This document shows positions 29,992-39,283 of a stretch of 64,000 nucleotides of DNA, piece by piece. Source of the DNA: an uncultured Gemmatimonadales bacterium (lineage in GTDB: Bacteria; Gemmatimonadota; Gemmatimonadetes; Gemmatimonadales; Gemmatimonadaceae). The notes under the pieces are model-generated. The model ran no database searches, was not told the DNA's origin, and worked only from the letters and a program-made list of their open reading frames with translations. The DNA is taken from positions 1 through 64,000 of the forward strand of contig CAWBZV010000002.1 of NCBI GenBank assembly GCA_963793305.1, in the 5' to 3' direction. A program made the translations under genes and the position numbers. The first letter of the stretch is position 1, and every line of letters begins with the position of its first letter.

Positions 29992-30101
29992 ACCCCCTCC
30001 CCGAAGGCAGCGGTGCGGCAATGTATGGTACGACCGTTGGCCGGTCCAGCCAAAGAGTATGGCGAAGGGGGCTCACCAGGCATATCGTCTTGAATCTCGC
30101 G

Positions 30102-30230
30102 ATGATACGCCCACGTCCTCTGAAATTCCCACGTTGGCCGTGGGTCGCGCCCCTCCTGCGCGACGCGCAGTTCTGGATACCGGTCATCGTGCTCGTGGCG
30201 GGCGTGCTCGTGCTGGAATGGGTTCGCTGA
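30102..30230 (+). CDS. Small single-TM protein
   Basis: LRDAQFWIPVIVLVAGVLVLEWVR; overlaps the start of the transporter gene. Confidence 0.5.
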   Translation: MIRPRPLKFPRWPWVAPLLRDAQFWIPVIVLVAGVLVLEWVR

Positions 30231-31466
30231 GCGCGGGCGAGACCGCACGCCGGCATCGACTGCAAATCGTCGGCGTCCTCTCGGGGCTCACGGCTGGCGC
30301 GTGGCTCGGTGCCGCGGAGGCGCCGACCAAATTGGTCATCGCGGGATTGAGCCCGATCCTGGTCTCCTTCTGCATGGTCATCGGCGTGTTCCTGGCGCGC
30401 TGGAGCGCGCCGGCGCTCGTGCGCGGTCTCGGCGCCGTCGGCGACGATGCGCGGCGCGCTCCGCACCTCATCGTCTGGGGCGTGCTCGCCGGGTGCCTGT
30501 GGGCCGTGGCGAACACGTTGACGGTGTACGCGATCCGCGATGTCGGGTTGAGCATCGCGTTCCCCCTCTGGAACACGAACGGCGTCATTGGGATGCTCTG
30601 GGGTGTGCTCTTCTTTGGCGAGCTCCGAAGCGCACGGCGCGCGCGCCAAATCACCGTCGTTGCCGGCGTGCTCGTCCTCTTCGTCGCCGCGCTCCTCATT
30701 GCTGAAGCATCCGCCGCCCAAGCGCCGCGCCGCGATGTCGCGCATGGCATCGCCGCGGCCCTCGCGGCGGGCGTCCTGTGGGGCACGATGTACATCCCGT
30801 ACCGCAAGGCGTACCTCACCGGCATGAACCCGCTGTCGTTTCTCACATTCTTCACGATCGGCGAAGTCGTCACCATGTCCGTGCTCGCGCTGGGCGAGAG
30901 TGGGGGCGTCGTGCCGCTCTGGCACGCGCTCACCGCGGCACGATCCGCGCTCTTCTGGCTTTTGCTCGGCGGATTCGTGTGGGTCCTGGGCGACCTCGCG
31001 CAGCAATATGCGGTGAAATACATCGGGATCAGTCGCGGCATTCCCCTGTCGAACACGAATCAGCTGTGGGGATTGTTGTGGGGCGTCCTCGTATTCGGCG
31101 AATTGCGCGGGACGTTCCGTCACCGTGCGCCTCATGGTCATTGGAGGATCAGTGCTCATGCTGCTCGCCGCGGGCGCGATCGCGTCCGCGTCCGCGGACG
31201 AGCGCGAGCACGACCGGTGGGACGCCGCCGCCGCGCGCGAGACCGCCCGGTATGGCGTCGGCGCCGAGCTCACCGCGGGTCGCCAACGACGCACCTGGGT
31301 AGACTGGGCGATCGTCGCGTTGGCCACGGGCACGTTCATCGCGTTCGCGTCGTTCGCGCGGGTCCCGCGACTTGCCATCCATGTCGAGTGGCTCGTCGTA
31401 CTCGTCGCAGTCTCTCTCTCGCTGCTGGTGGTCTGGGCCTCGACGCTTGGGCGAGCCACGCGGTGA
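30218..31466 (+). CDS. GRP family (DMT superfamily) sugar transporter, one frameshift near 31120
   Basis: Duplicated GLSIAFPLWNTN / GISRGIPLSNTNQLWG..WG.L.FGEL halves. Confidence 0.85.
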
Positions 31467-31488
31467 GGCCCGACTATTAGGTTCCGCC

Positions 31489-32019
31489 ATGGCCACTCCG
31501 AGCAACAGACCGGGAACACCTGTCAGTGTGTCACGTCCGCTGGGAGCCTTTTGGATCACCAACGGGGCGGCCTGGCAGTCGTTGGCGCTCACGACCTTGG
31601 ACTTACCATGCGGATTTACCGACCTCGCATCCGCAAAGGCGTACTACACTGCTGTCACGGCTGGGCGGGGATTTACCGGTCTCGATGCGATGTCGTGGAT
31701 ATCGAAAGCCGACGCGGTCCTCGCGATAGGGCTGTCGCTTAAACCCACGACCCCAATAAAGACCAACACAGAGTTCGTGCTCTACTGCAACGTCAACTCC
31801 GTGTCGAAGGCCGCGCACTGCTTCTCGCAACTCGGCCAGCCGTACACACACGTCCAACCGATCGTGTCGGTCGCCTCGTGTAAGGCAAACGGGGTGTCGT
31901 ATGTCGCTATGGCGCCGTGGGGGACCTCGTCAGGCGCCCCGGGCGCGCCCGTCTTGAACAACTGCTGCATGATCGTTGGTTGGACCAAAGCGCCGCACGG
32001 CACGTTGACTCCGACCTGA
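31489..32019 (+). CDS. Hypothetical protein, Cys-containing
   Basis: Open frame; TAGGTT box 5 nt before the ATG. Confidence 0.55.
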   Translation: MATPSNRPGTPVSVSRPLGAFWITNGAAWQSLALTTLDLPCGFTDLASAKAYYTAVTAGRGFTGLDAMSWISKADAVLAIGLSLKPTTPIKTNTEFVLYCNVNSVSKAAHCFSQLGQPYTHVQPIVSVASCKANGVSYVAMAPWGTSSGAPGAPVLNNCCMIVGWTKAPHGTLTPT

Positions 32020-32571
32020 CCTGGATGAGCCGCCGGGGTGCGCCGGCTCGGCCACCGTCTCCAGCAATCCGGTCGCCGTGTCGTACACCATCCCCGAAAC
32101 CGTGATGCGCGGCGAAATCTGGGGCGCGGTGAGAATCGTTCGCACATCAGAGCGAACCGTCTCGGCCGGCACAGTCGCCGGGAGACGCGCGAGCACGTCT
32201 TCGTCATAGCCTGAGCGCTGCGCGAAGCCATGACGGAGCGCTGGATCCTCGAGCAGTCGGCTCCCGCAGTCCGTATGGTGGATGACGACGGCTTCGAAGT
32301 AGGGCCCCTCCGGCGCCTTGGTCTCCACGAGGTAGCCAATGTACGAGAGGTCCTGGATCACGGCGTCCGTGGCGCGGCCGCCCACCGTCCGGGCGACGAT
32401 GGCGTCGGCGAACCGCAGCCCAAGAAACTCCGCGGGGTCGGTCCGCGGATCGATGCACGTGATGATGTACAGTCCCTTGAAGGGGAGGAACGGCAGGCGC
32501 GGAGTGTTCCGCCATGTCCCAGTCGCGGCGAACGCCTTATTGCGCTCCAGCAACGGCGTGATGTTCGACAT
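31930..32571 (-). CDS. Beta-class carbonic anhydrase-like protein
   Basis: TCIDPR and HHTDCG zinc ligands; YDTATGLL. Confidence 0.88.
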   Translation of the reverse strand: MSNITPLLERNKAFAATGTWRNTPRLPFLPFKGLYIITCIDPRTDPAEFLGLRFADAIVARTVGGRATDAVIQDLSYIGYLVETKAPEGPYFEAVVIHHTDCGSRLLEDPALRHGFAQRSGYDEDVLARLPATVPAETVRSDVRTILTAPQISPRITVSGMVYDTATGLLETVAEPAHPGGSSRSGRSQRAVRRFGPTNDHAAVVQDGRARGA

Positions 32572-32642
32572 GCCGTACGTTAGACTGGCGCGCTCGCATC
32601 ACGGAGCGCTTTTCCAGACAACGAGCCCACGATTTCTGCCAA

Positions 32643-33623
32643 CTAGCGGATCCCGCGCCGGCCGAACAATTCGCGGTACTGTCCCGGCGTGGTTCGCAGC
32701 CGTCGCGCGAATACGCGACGCAGCACCTCTGCACTGGTGAACCTGCTGGCGGCGGCGACTTCGGAGAGGCTCCGCGACGTTGACTCCAGCTGACGGCGCG
32801 CCGCCTCGAGGCGCAGATCTTCGATGTGTCTCGCCGGCGTCTTGCCGACCTCCTGTCGGAACAGCCGGGCGAAATTGCGTGGACTCATCGCGGCTCGGCG
32901 CGCGAGCTGGGCGATCGTGAGGTTGCGCCGAAGATTGTCCGGGAGCCAGGCCAACAGCTCGCCGAGCGGGCGGCTCTCGGCGGTTTGCGCCGCGAGCGTG
33001 GCGCTGAACTGCGACTGCCCACCAGGGCGCCGCAAGAAGACCACCATCATCCGCGCGACCTGGAGCGCGACCGCGCGGCCCAGATCGTCCTCGACCAAGG
33101 CCAGGCTCAGATCGATGCCAGCGGTTACTCCCGCTGACGTGTAGCAGTTGCCGTCACGGACGTAGATGGGATTGGGGTCGACCGTGACGCGAGGGTAATC
33201 GCGGGCGAGTTGGCCACACCAGTTCCAATGCGTCGTCGCGCGCCTCCCGTCCAACAACCCAGCGTCTGCCAGCGCCAGCGCACCGGTACAGACCGAGCCA
33301 AAGCGTCGCGCGCCGCGGCTCGCGAGTCTCAGCCAATCAAGAAATCCTCGCTCATACCGCATCTCGCTCGCGCCGGTGCCGCCCGCGATGAGCAGGGTAT
33401 CGATCGGGCCGCTGTACTCCCGGTACGTTTGATCCGCGTGGACTGGCGAGATGATCTCGCTCGCGACTATGCGATCCTGACCACCCGAGATGATCGAGAC
33501 CTGATATGCCGGCTCGCCGCCGTGCTGACGGTTGGCATCGCCGAATACTTCCGCCGGACCGAACACATCTAATATTCGTACTGGAGGAACCGCCACGAGT
33601 ACGATGTGACGTTGTCTGCCCAT
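32643..33623 (-). CDS. GlxA/FtrA family regulator (DJ-1/PfpI + AraC)
   Basis: SVCTGA, ATTHW, TSAGVTAGIDL, RRPGGQSQFS, C-terminal HTH. Confidence 0.93.
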   Translation of the reverse strand: MGRQRHIVLVAVPPVRILDVFGPAEVFGDANRQHGGEPAYQVSIISGGQDRIVASEIISPVHADQTYREYSGPIDTLLIAGGTGASEMRYERGFLDWLRLASRGARRFGSVCTGALALADAGLLDGRRATTHWNWCGQLARDYPRVTVDPNPIYVRDGNCYTSAGVTAGIDLSLALVEDDLGRAVALQVARMMVVFLRRPGGQSQFSATLAAQTAESRPLGELLAWLPDNLRRNLTIAQLARRAAMSPRNFARLFRQEVGKTPARHIEDLRLEAARRQLESTSRSLSEVAAASRFTSAEVLRRVFARRLRTTPGQYRELFGRRGIR

Positions 33624-33638
33624 CGCTCAACCTATCAC

Positions 33639-34448
33639 ATGACTGAAGCCGTTCGCGACCATTACCAGGCTGGGATCCAGCTCGCCAAGCTCACCCACGC
33701 CATTGATGCGATTGAGCCGCCGCTGACGGCGGAGAAACTGGCGGCGTTCGATCAGTTCCATGTGGGCGGTCTGGCGGCGACAGCGGAACTGGCGAAGCGC
33801 GCGCGCATCGCGGGCGACATGCATGTGCTCGATGCCGGATCCGGCCTCGGCGGTCCGTCGCGCTTTCTCGCCGAGACCATCGGCTGTCGCGTTACTGGAG
33901 TAGATCTGACTCCAGCCTATGTGGCTGTGGCCACCCTGCTAGCGGACCGCGCCGGCCTCAGCGACAAGGTGAGTTACCGCGTCGGCAACATCGTCGAGTT
34001 GCCATTTGAAGACGGTAGCTTCGATGTCGTCTGGAGCCAGCATGTGGTCATGAACATCCCGGACAGGGTTCCGCTCTATCGCGAGCTTCGGCGCGTCTTG
34101 AAAACGGGTGGGACATTCGCCTTTTACGATCCGTACCTGCCCGACACGGGTGACCTACCAGTGTATCCCGTGCCCTGGGCCGAGACGCCCGCATCGAGCA
34201 CACTGCTGACCAAGCAGATGACCGTCACCGCATTGGAGGATACGGGCTTTCGCATGCTGGCCTTCGATGACATCACGCCGGCAGGCGTGGAGTGGATTGC
34301 GCGGCAGCAAGAGCAGATGAGACAGGTCAACGCGCTCACACTCGGAACGGTCATGGGTGAGCGCATGCGCGAGATGGCGGCGAATCTTGGCCGTAACCTG
34401 GCGGAGGGACGCGTGCGACTCGTCATGGGCACGTGCCAAGCGGTATGA
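33639..34448 (+). CDS. Class I SAM-dependent methyltransferase
   Basis: DQFHVGG, VLDAGSGLGG, LPFEDGSFDVV. Confidence 0.9.
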   Translation: MTEAVRDHYQAGIQLAKLTHAIDAIEPPLTAEKLAAFDQFHVGGLAATAELAKRARIAGDMHVLDAGSGLGGPSRFLAETIGCRVTGVDLTPAYVAVATLLADRAGLSDKVSYRVGNIVELPFEDGSFDVVWSQHVVMNIPDRVPLYRELRRVLKTGGTFAFYDPYLPDTGDLPVYPVPWAETPASSTLLTKQMTVTALEDTGFRMLAFDDITPAGVEWIARQQEQMRQVNALTLGTVMGERMREMAANLGRNLAEGRVRLVMGTCQAV

Positions 34449-34471
34449 AGCGTTCGCTCCTGGATGGCGCT

Positions 34472-34825
34472 CTATTGCACGACGATGACGCCGGTCATGC
34501 CATCGTGAATGGCGCAATGATACGCGTACGTTCCCGGCACGGTGAGCACCCGGCTCGAGTCCCCGCTTGTGAAGCCGGTGTCGCCGCCCCCGATGTTCGC
34601 CACGGCGGTTGGCGTGGCGTCCCAGACCACGTTGTGCGGGACAGAATGCCACGCGAACTGCACGGTGTCGCCCGCCGCAACGGTATCCGGCGTCGGCTCG
34701 AACACGAGCGAGGGGTCGGCGTCGATGACCACGGAGTGGACACCGGCGCCCGGCGCCGTGCTGCTCCCACACGCCGCGGCGGCGACGGTGCTCGCGATGA
34801 TCGTCAGGCAAAGCAGCGGTCGCAT
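34472..34825 (-). CDS. Cupredoxin (plastocyanin/azurin-like) lipoprotein
   Basis: Lipobox AAAC; PHNV and YHCAIHDGM type-1 copper ligands. Confidence 0.88.
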   Translation of the reverse strand: MRPLLCLTIIASTVAAAACGSSTAPGAGVHSVVIDADPSLVFEPTPDTVAAGDTVQFAWHSVPHNVVWDATPTAVANIGGGDTGFTSGDSSRVLTVPGTYAYHCAIHDGMTGVIVVQ

Positions 34826-34875
34826 GACTTGCATGAGTTAATATGCTACACCGGGGGAATATTGCCAGATCTGCT

Positions 34876-35772
34876 ATGGTGACGAGCGAACAACAGCTGC
34901 TCGAGCTGTTCGAGTCCTGCGGATTCGATTTCACGGCGATAGTCCGCGATATCGCGACACGGTTTCCCCAAGAGTTCGATTGGGGCGTGCCGTCGTCGGT
35001 CGTGCTGCCCTTTCAATTGACGCAGCCTTTCGCCGGGTTCGGGCCCATCTGGAAGGTGCCCGTGAGTCGAGAGGTCGACTTCGACCTGCCGCCCGCGACG
35101 TACTTCCACGAGTTCCATCCGACCGACGACATGAAAACGAATTTCGATCGGGCGGTGGGCCAGTTGACGCCGGTCCTTGGTGCGGGTCAGGTGACGTCGG
35201 CCAGCAATGCGTTCGAGCGCACCTGGCGGATCGGACTCTTCACGATTCGCGTGATCGCATGGCCCAAAGAAAAGAATGCAATGTATAGCAACGCGTACGA
35301 GGGACACAACCCGTACCTGTGGATCGACGCCAAGATCTACGTGCGGCCGGACTTTCCGTTCGCTCATCCGACCGAGGATGCCGCCCAGCCTCTGCACGAG
35401 CTGTTCACCTCGGCACCCGGGCGCACACTGGTTTGCGCATCCCCCGTATACACCCGGAGAAATCGCGTTTCAGGGGCTCCAGACACCGTCGTGGTAGGAA
35501 CACGCGACGACGCCTTGATCATCCGTGCCGAGGATCGAAGCGTACGCATCCCCCTCGGAGAGATACAACAGGTGGTCCTCACGCGGCTCACGCCAGCACA
35601 ATTCTCCGGATCGTCGTCGCTTTCGCTGAAGGCCCTGTTCCTGGGCCGACATCAAGTGAGCGTGGCGATCGCCAACGGTGACAAGACGGATTCGCTCGAT
35701 CGCGTCGCTCCGATCCTCGCGGCCGCCGTCGCGAAGCCCTTAACCGTTCAGGAGTACCCGGACGTCAAATAG
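34876..35772 (+). CDS. Hypothetical protein
   Basis: Long ORF with coding-like composition. Confidence 0.6.
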   Translation: MVTSEQQLLELFESCGFDFTAIVRDIATRFPQEFDWGVPSSVVLPFQLTQPFAGFGPIWKVPVSREVDFDLPPATYFHEFHPTDDMKTNFDRAVGQLTPVLGAGQVTSASNAFERTWRIGLFTIRVIAWPKEKNAMYSNAYEGHNPYLWIDAKIYVRPDFPFAHPTEDAAQPLHELFTSAPGRTLVCASPVYTRRNRVSGAPDTVVVGTRDDALIIRAEDRSVRIPLGEIQQVVLTRLTPAQFSGSSSLSLKALFLGRHQVSVAIANGDKTDSLDRVAPILAAAVAKPLTVQEYPDVK

Positions 35773-35872
35773 GTAGGGACGGTGTGTCCCCGTCGAGTTT
35801 CACTCCAGCGTGTGACGCGTCTCCTTCGTGACTGCCGTTTTATTCTGACTTTCACGCGGAGCAGCATCCGTC

Positions 35873-36601
35873 ATGACCCACTCGCGTTGGACATTAGCAA
35901 CCGCGCTACTTCTCCTCGCCGCGTGCAGCAGCAGCACGAGCCCAAAGGGGCAATCACCGGCGCAGGTCGCGGCGTATTATGACGCGCTCGCCGGCACACA
36001 CTTCGCCGCCGGTACCGGCGCCGACAGCCTCGACGCAGAGTTCATTAGCGTGCTGAACGGCCCGATCGCCTATGGGCAGCTGCCGACCAAGATCAGCGTG
36101 AGCGCCAGCGGCGTCGCCCAGACCTGGTACGCAAACGCGGCGATCTTCGTCGACTCCGCGCAATCGGATTCGGAGATCTTCATCTCAATGTGGGCGGACA
36201 CGGTCGTGTCATCGTTCATGCTCGCCGAAGCGATCAACAACACCTTGCCGGGACTGGAGGCGGGGGTCTTCTATCTCGCCACGGGCCCTGGCAGCAGCGC
36301 CGACTCCTCGACCGTCACCGTCGCTCCGGCCGTCAAGTCCTCGTCGTGCGCGACGAACATTTCGATCACGCACGTCTACTCGTTCGCTCCGACCTACGAT
36401 CCAGCCAACACCACCTGCACGCCGGCCAGCGCCACCATCGCCGGTCACTTGCACTTCCAGGCCGCGGCCGGGATCGCGACGCAGTATCAGGATATCGACC
36501 TGACCTCGACGGCGATCAGCGCGGTGCGCCTGCAGGCGACGCACGGCGCCACATTCTCCCGCGTGCGCGCGCTGCCGCACGGTACGATTCGCCTCAACTA
36601 A
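35873..36601 (+). CDS. Hypothetical lipoprotein
   Basis: Lipobox LLAAC. Confidence 0.7.
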   Translation: MTHSRWTLATALLLLAACSSSTSPKGQSPAQVAAYYDALAGTHFAAGTGADSLDAEFISVLNGPIAYGQLPTKISVSASGVAQTWYANAAIFVDSAQSDSEIFISMWADTVVSSFMLAEAINNTLPGLEAGVFYLATGPGSSADSSTVTVAPAVKSSSCATNISITHVYSFAPTYDPANTTCTPASATIAGHLHFQAAAGIATQYQDIDLTSTAISAVRLQATHGATFSRVRALPHGTIRLN

Positions 36602-36619
36602 ACAGACGCCCGTAATTTG

Positions 36620-36660
36620 CGCGAATGTCCTCTCGCCACGGCGGCGGGGGGACATTCGCG
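36620..36660. terminator. Long stem-loop, possible terminator or RNA-stability hairpin
   Basis: cgcgaatgtcc pairs with ggacattcgcg and extends inward; no U-tract. Confidence 0.5.
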
Positions 36661-36684
36661 TACCAAGCCAGTACACTTCGATGC

Positions 36685-37794
36685 ATGGCGATCGACATCG
36701 AAGACCTGGAGACGCCGGTGCCGGTGGTCGACATGGACCGGCTCGAGCGCAACCTCGCGCGGACCGCGGCGTATGCGAAGCAGCATGAGCTGGTGCTCAG
36801 ACCGCATGTCAAGACGCACAAATCGCCGTTCATCGCCGAGCAGCAGATCCGGTCGGGCGCGCGAGGGCTGACGTGCGCGACGCCGCGCGAGATCGAGGTG
36901 ATGAGCGCGGCGAGTGACGACCTGTTGCTGGCGTATCCCGCGCTCGGCCGGTCGAAGCTCGATCGGCTCATGACCGTCGCGCGGCACGCGCGCCTGACCG
37001 TGGCGCTCGATTCGGTCGAGGCGGTCCAGCAGCTCGGCGAGGCGGCAACGGCGGCTGGGCGTGATGTCGCCGTGTATGTCGAGCTCGATCTCGGCATGCA
37101 TCGCGTTGGTGTACAGAGCGCGGCCGACGCGATCGGCGTCATTCGGGCGATCGGTCGGCATCCCTCGCTCCGCTACGGCGGCATCACGTTCTACGCCGGG
37201 CATATCCGCGATCGGGTGAGCGATCAGCACACAAAACTCGACCGGCTGAATCGGGATGTCGATGCCGCGGTCGGCGAGCTCACGAAGGCCGGGTTGACGC
37301 CACCCGTGGTGAGTGGCGGATCCACACCGACCATCTGGCAGACGCACGAGATCGCGCATCTCACCGAAATGCGGCCCGGCACGTACGTCTACAATGATCG
37401 CGGTACGTCGGAGATCGGCGCGTGCACCGAGGACGATTGCGCGTTGACCGTCCTCGCCACGGTCGTCAGCACGGCCGTGCCCGGGCAGGCCGTCGTCGAC
37501 GCGGGTTGCAAGGCGCTCGGGCGCGAGCCCGTGCGCGGCGTGCCTGGCGAAGGATTCGCGAGTGTGCTCGGCAAGCCCCAGGTACTCGTCGTGAGCATGT
37601 CAGAGGAGCACGGCGTCCTCGACCTCGCGAACACATCGTGGCGTCCGCGCGTCGGGGAGCGCGTGCGCATCGTGCCGAACCACGTCTGTATCGTCGTGCA
37701 TCTCCACGAGGCGATCGTCGGCCTCCGCGGCGACGTCGTCGAAACGCACTGGCCGGTCGCGGCGCGAGGTCGGAGCGCGGCGCCCGTCGCGTGA
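36685..37794 (+). CDS. DSD1/D-threonine aldolase family PLP enzyme (alanine racemase fold)
   Basis: RPHVKTHK (PLP lysine), HRVGV, SGGSTPT, EMRPGTYVYND, SEEHG, PNHVC. Confidence 0.9.
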   Translation: MAIDIEDLETPVPVVDMDRLERNLARTAAYAKQHELVLRPHVKTHKSPFIAEQQIRSGARGLTCATPREIEVMSAASDDLLLAYPALGRSKLDRLMTVARHARLTVALDSVEAVQQLGEAATAAGRDVAVYVELDLGMHRVGVQSAADAIGVIRAIGRHPSLRYGGITFYAGHIRDRVSDQHTKLDRLNRDVDAAVGELTKAGLTPPVVSGGSTPTIWQTHEIAHLTEMRPGTYVYNDRGTSEIGACTEDDCALTVLATVVSTAVPGQAVVDAGCKALGREPVRGVPGEGFASVLGKPQVLVVSMSEEHGVLDLANTSWRPRVGERVRIVPNHVCIVVHLHEAIVGLRGDVVETHWPVAARGRSAAPVA

Positions 37795-38672
37795 TCGGCG
37801 TCGACTGGGGAACAAGTCATGTGCGGGCGTATCGCCTGACCGACGATGCCACCGGCACGATCGTCGCTCAGCGGGACTCCGGTGATGGCGTCCTCACGGT
37901 CGAACCCGGACGCTTCCCCCAGGTCCTGGGCGACCTCGTGAGGTCGTGGATCGCCGACGGAGAACGGCGCATCCTCCTCTCTGGCACCGTCGGCAGTCGC
38001 AACGGATGGCGGGAGACGCGACCGGTCCAGTGTCCCGTGCGGCTGGCGGATCTCGCCCGGGCAGTGGAACCCGTCCCGTTTGACGAGGCGTGCGTCCGGA
38101 TCGTGCCCGGCGTCGCCGGCGTGGATGCCGCTGGGGTGCCGGAGGTGATGCGAGGCGAAGAGGTCGAGATCGTCGGTGCCCGTATCGATGCCGGGTGCGT
38201 CTGCCTGCCAGGGTCGCATAGCAAGTGGGTCCGCGTCCAGGACGGGGCCATTATCTCATATTCGACCTATCTCACCGGTGAAGCGTACGCCGCGCTCCGC
38301 GCGCATACACTCCTGGCGAAGCTCATGGGGCCCGAACCACCCGTCGCGGGTCCCGCGTTCGACGCCGGCGTGAGCCGGTCAGCTGAGGACGGAGGGGTGC
38401 TGCATCACCTGTTCGGCGTGCGCACGCTCGGGCTGGCTGGACGCATCACACCAGCGGAGTCCCAGTCGTATCTCTCCGGGTTGCTGATCGGTCACGAGAT
38501 ACGGAGTGCACTCGCGCCGAGCGCTGCGGTGACCGTAGTCGGCGCTCCGGCGCTCGTCGCGCTCTACGTGCGCGCGATCGACGCGTGCGGTGGACGCGCG
38601 ACGCCGGGACCCGAGCAGGCCGCGGCACGTGGGTTGGCGATGATCGGGTCACAGGTCGCATGGACGGACTGA
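37791..38672 (+). CDS. dgoK: 2-dehydro-3-deoxygalactonokinase
   Basis: IGVDWGTS, GSRNGW.E, EVMRGEE, LPGSHSKW, YLSGLLIGHE. Confidence 0.92.
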   Translation: MIGVDWGTSHVRAYRLTDDATGTIVAQRDSGDGVLTVEPGRFPQVLGDLVRSWIADGERRILLSGTVGSRNGWRETRPVQCPVRLADLARAVEPVPFDEACVRIVPGVAGVDAAGVPEVMRGEEVEIVGARIDAGCVCLPGSHSKWVRVQDGAIISYSTYLTGEAYAALRAHTLLAKLMGPEPPVAGPAFDAGVSRSAEDGGVLHHLFGVRTLGLAGRITPAESQSYLSGLLIGHEIRSALAPSAAVTVVGAPALVALYVRAIDACGGRATPGPEQAAARGLAMIGSQVAWTD

Positions 38673-39283
38673 CCTCCTGGCTGGAGCGGTGTCCGCTCGT
38701 CGCGATTCTGCGCGGAGTCACGCCCGATGAGGTCGAGGCGATAGGGGATGCGCTGGTCGGCGCCGGCATTGCGATCATCGAGGTGCCGCTCAACTCTCCG
38801 CGGCCCATCGAGAGCATCGAGCGCCTCGCACGCCGCTTCGCGGAACGCGTGCTGGTCGGCGCCGGGACGGTCATGCGGACCAATGATGTGGCAGACGTCG
38901 CGAGCGCCGGCGGTCGGCTCATCGTGACGCCGCACGCCGCGACGGACGTCGTTCGGGCGGCGAAGACGGCCGGATTGCTCGCGATGCCGGGGTTCTTTAC
39001 GGTGACGGAAGCGTTTGCCCTGATCAACGCGGGGGCAGATGCCCTCAAGCTATTTCCGGCCGAGGCGACGAGTCCCGCCGCGCTTGGCGCCATGCGGGCC
39101 GTGTTGCCGAAAGGGACGCTCGTGCTGCCGATGGGCGGCATCGACGCCGCAGCTTTTTCGCCGTGGGTCAGAGCCGGCGCAAATGGGTTCGGGATCGGGT
39201 CGGCCATCTACAAGCCGGGCGACAGCGCCGCAACGGTCGCCGAGAAAGCCAAGAAACTCATTGCGGCAATGCGAACGCTATGA
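38660..39283 (+). CDS. dgoA: 2-dehydro-3-deoxy-6-phosphogalactonate aldolase
   Basis: PLVAILRG, IEVPLNSP, VGAGTV, LKLFPAE; adjacent to dgoK. Confidence 0.92.
   Translation: MDGLTSWLERCPLVAILRGVTPDEVEAIGDALVGAGIAIIEVPLNSPRPIESIERLARRFAERVLVGAGTVMRTNDVADVASAGGRLIVTPHAATDVVRAAKTAGLLAMPGFFTVTEAFALINAGADALKLFPAEATSPAALGAMRAVLPKGTLVLPMGGIDAAAFSPWVRAGANGFGIGSAIYKPGDSAATVAEKAKKLIAAMRTL

Noticed and set aside
27989..31519. 1176-aa ORF and other long alternative-frame or antisense ORFs (such as 7497-9116 and 42498-44318)
   Set aside because: These are Arg/Ala/Pro-rich shadow frames typical of high-GC DNA, overlapping well-supported genes.
16363..36601. Integron cassette array
   Set aside because: Genes are in mixed orientation and often overlap. 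I saw no recurring attC-like palindromes and no integrase.
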